From contig MU058059.1 of assembly GCA_013265495.1 (NCBI GenBank), forward strand, positions 248,001 through 312,000: a stretch of DNA of 64,000 bases. The letters run 5' to 3'. The translations under genes were made by a program, and so were the position numbers. Under the pieces are notes generated by a model, which saw only the letters and a program-made list of their open reading frames with translations, made no database searches and was not told the origin of the DNA. Source of the DNA: Vicugna vicugna. Lineage: Eukaryota. Positions within the stretch are counted from its first letter, which is position 1. Each line of letters begins with the position of its first letter. This document shows, piece after piece, positions 63,051 to 64,000 of this stretch.

Positions 63051-64000
63051 TACTGTAAGAGGCTGTAAGCGTTGCTTGCTGATGGGTATTCTGAACCATC
63101 TAAGGTTGAAAATGTGTGACAGCCAATTAGGAGAGATACTGTATTTTCTCATGCATTTACTGACTCATTTAACATATGTTTAATATCTCCCTGCCAAATA
63201 TTAGGAATTGTATATGTTTGACAACCTCTAACTGTTTAAAAAACAGAAGCAGAGGGAAAATTCAGTTGGATCCAAGGTTGGGATCAGGACACATCCAGCC
63301 CAGTGACTATGGGGCGAAGGAACTGAAGGCATTGATGCAAATCTTGATGAAATGATTGGCTGGTCAGGTAGGAAATGCAATTACCCAGGAGAGACTAAGA
63401 ATCCAGAAAAACTAGAATCTGAGTGATGAGTTGGAGGAGGTCTCAGTTAAATTTTAGAGGAACAATAAGAATAAAGGAGAGAACTGATATAAGAATGGCT
63501 TACTGTCAATTAAAAACTTCACACATGGAGTTGTCTGCGTAATGGCAGGTTCAAAGCACACCAGTCGGAGCAAATTGCTTACATGAGGTGAGAATGAAGG
63601 GAACGTTAACTGCAAAACTATCACTGATGATAGTCACCCATTAGGGGAGGAAATGAGCCTGGTGCATTTCCCTCCATCCTCAAATGTGAGGAAGTAACCC
63701 GGAGGCCAGGGGTAACATCGTGATACTAACATGAAATTAATAGCATGTGGCCCACGTACAAATTGTTCATGTTTGTAGGTGAAAAAGCAATTATCCCAGT
63801 TATGGAACGATCATCCATGAAATGATCTAAGCCTTTTTTGAAACTGCTGGTATTTTATTACTAGCATTATTTGCAATAATGTGTGAAATAATTTTTTTTA
63901 GTTAGTTTATTTTTTGCCTGTACTATCTAAAGTAACGCTTCCTCTTACTTGTCTGAACACACAATCTATTTTCAGTACTTTGATAAACAAAGGGCAGATC

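Overview
Mammalian nuclear DNA, most likely camelid (alpaca/llama/camel): it carries four copies of the tRNA-Ala-derived camelid SINE (vic-1 type) and young L1 3' ends. The window is repeat-rich intronic or intergenic sequence containing L1, L2, MIR, ERV1/ERVL/MaLR LTRs and Tigger/MER DNA transposons, several of them nested. None of the supplied six-frame ORFs is a credible protein; the longer ones are decayed L1/L2 sequence or chance ORFs. Reading splice signals by eye gives several small minus-strand exon candidates. The best pair is 32737-32798 joined in phase to a terminal exon at about 22285-23384 that ends with a polyA signal. A few plus-strand candidates also appear. I cannot name the gene, and the transcript may be non-coding. 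Other points of interest are a two-step local duplication containing a SINE, a twin-primed mini-L1, a polyA signal fused to a perfect 5' splice site, a CpG-rich L2 and a faint U6-like trace. I found no clear novel biological system. Repeat family names come from remembered consensus sequences, and repeat boundaries are approximate.
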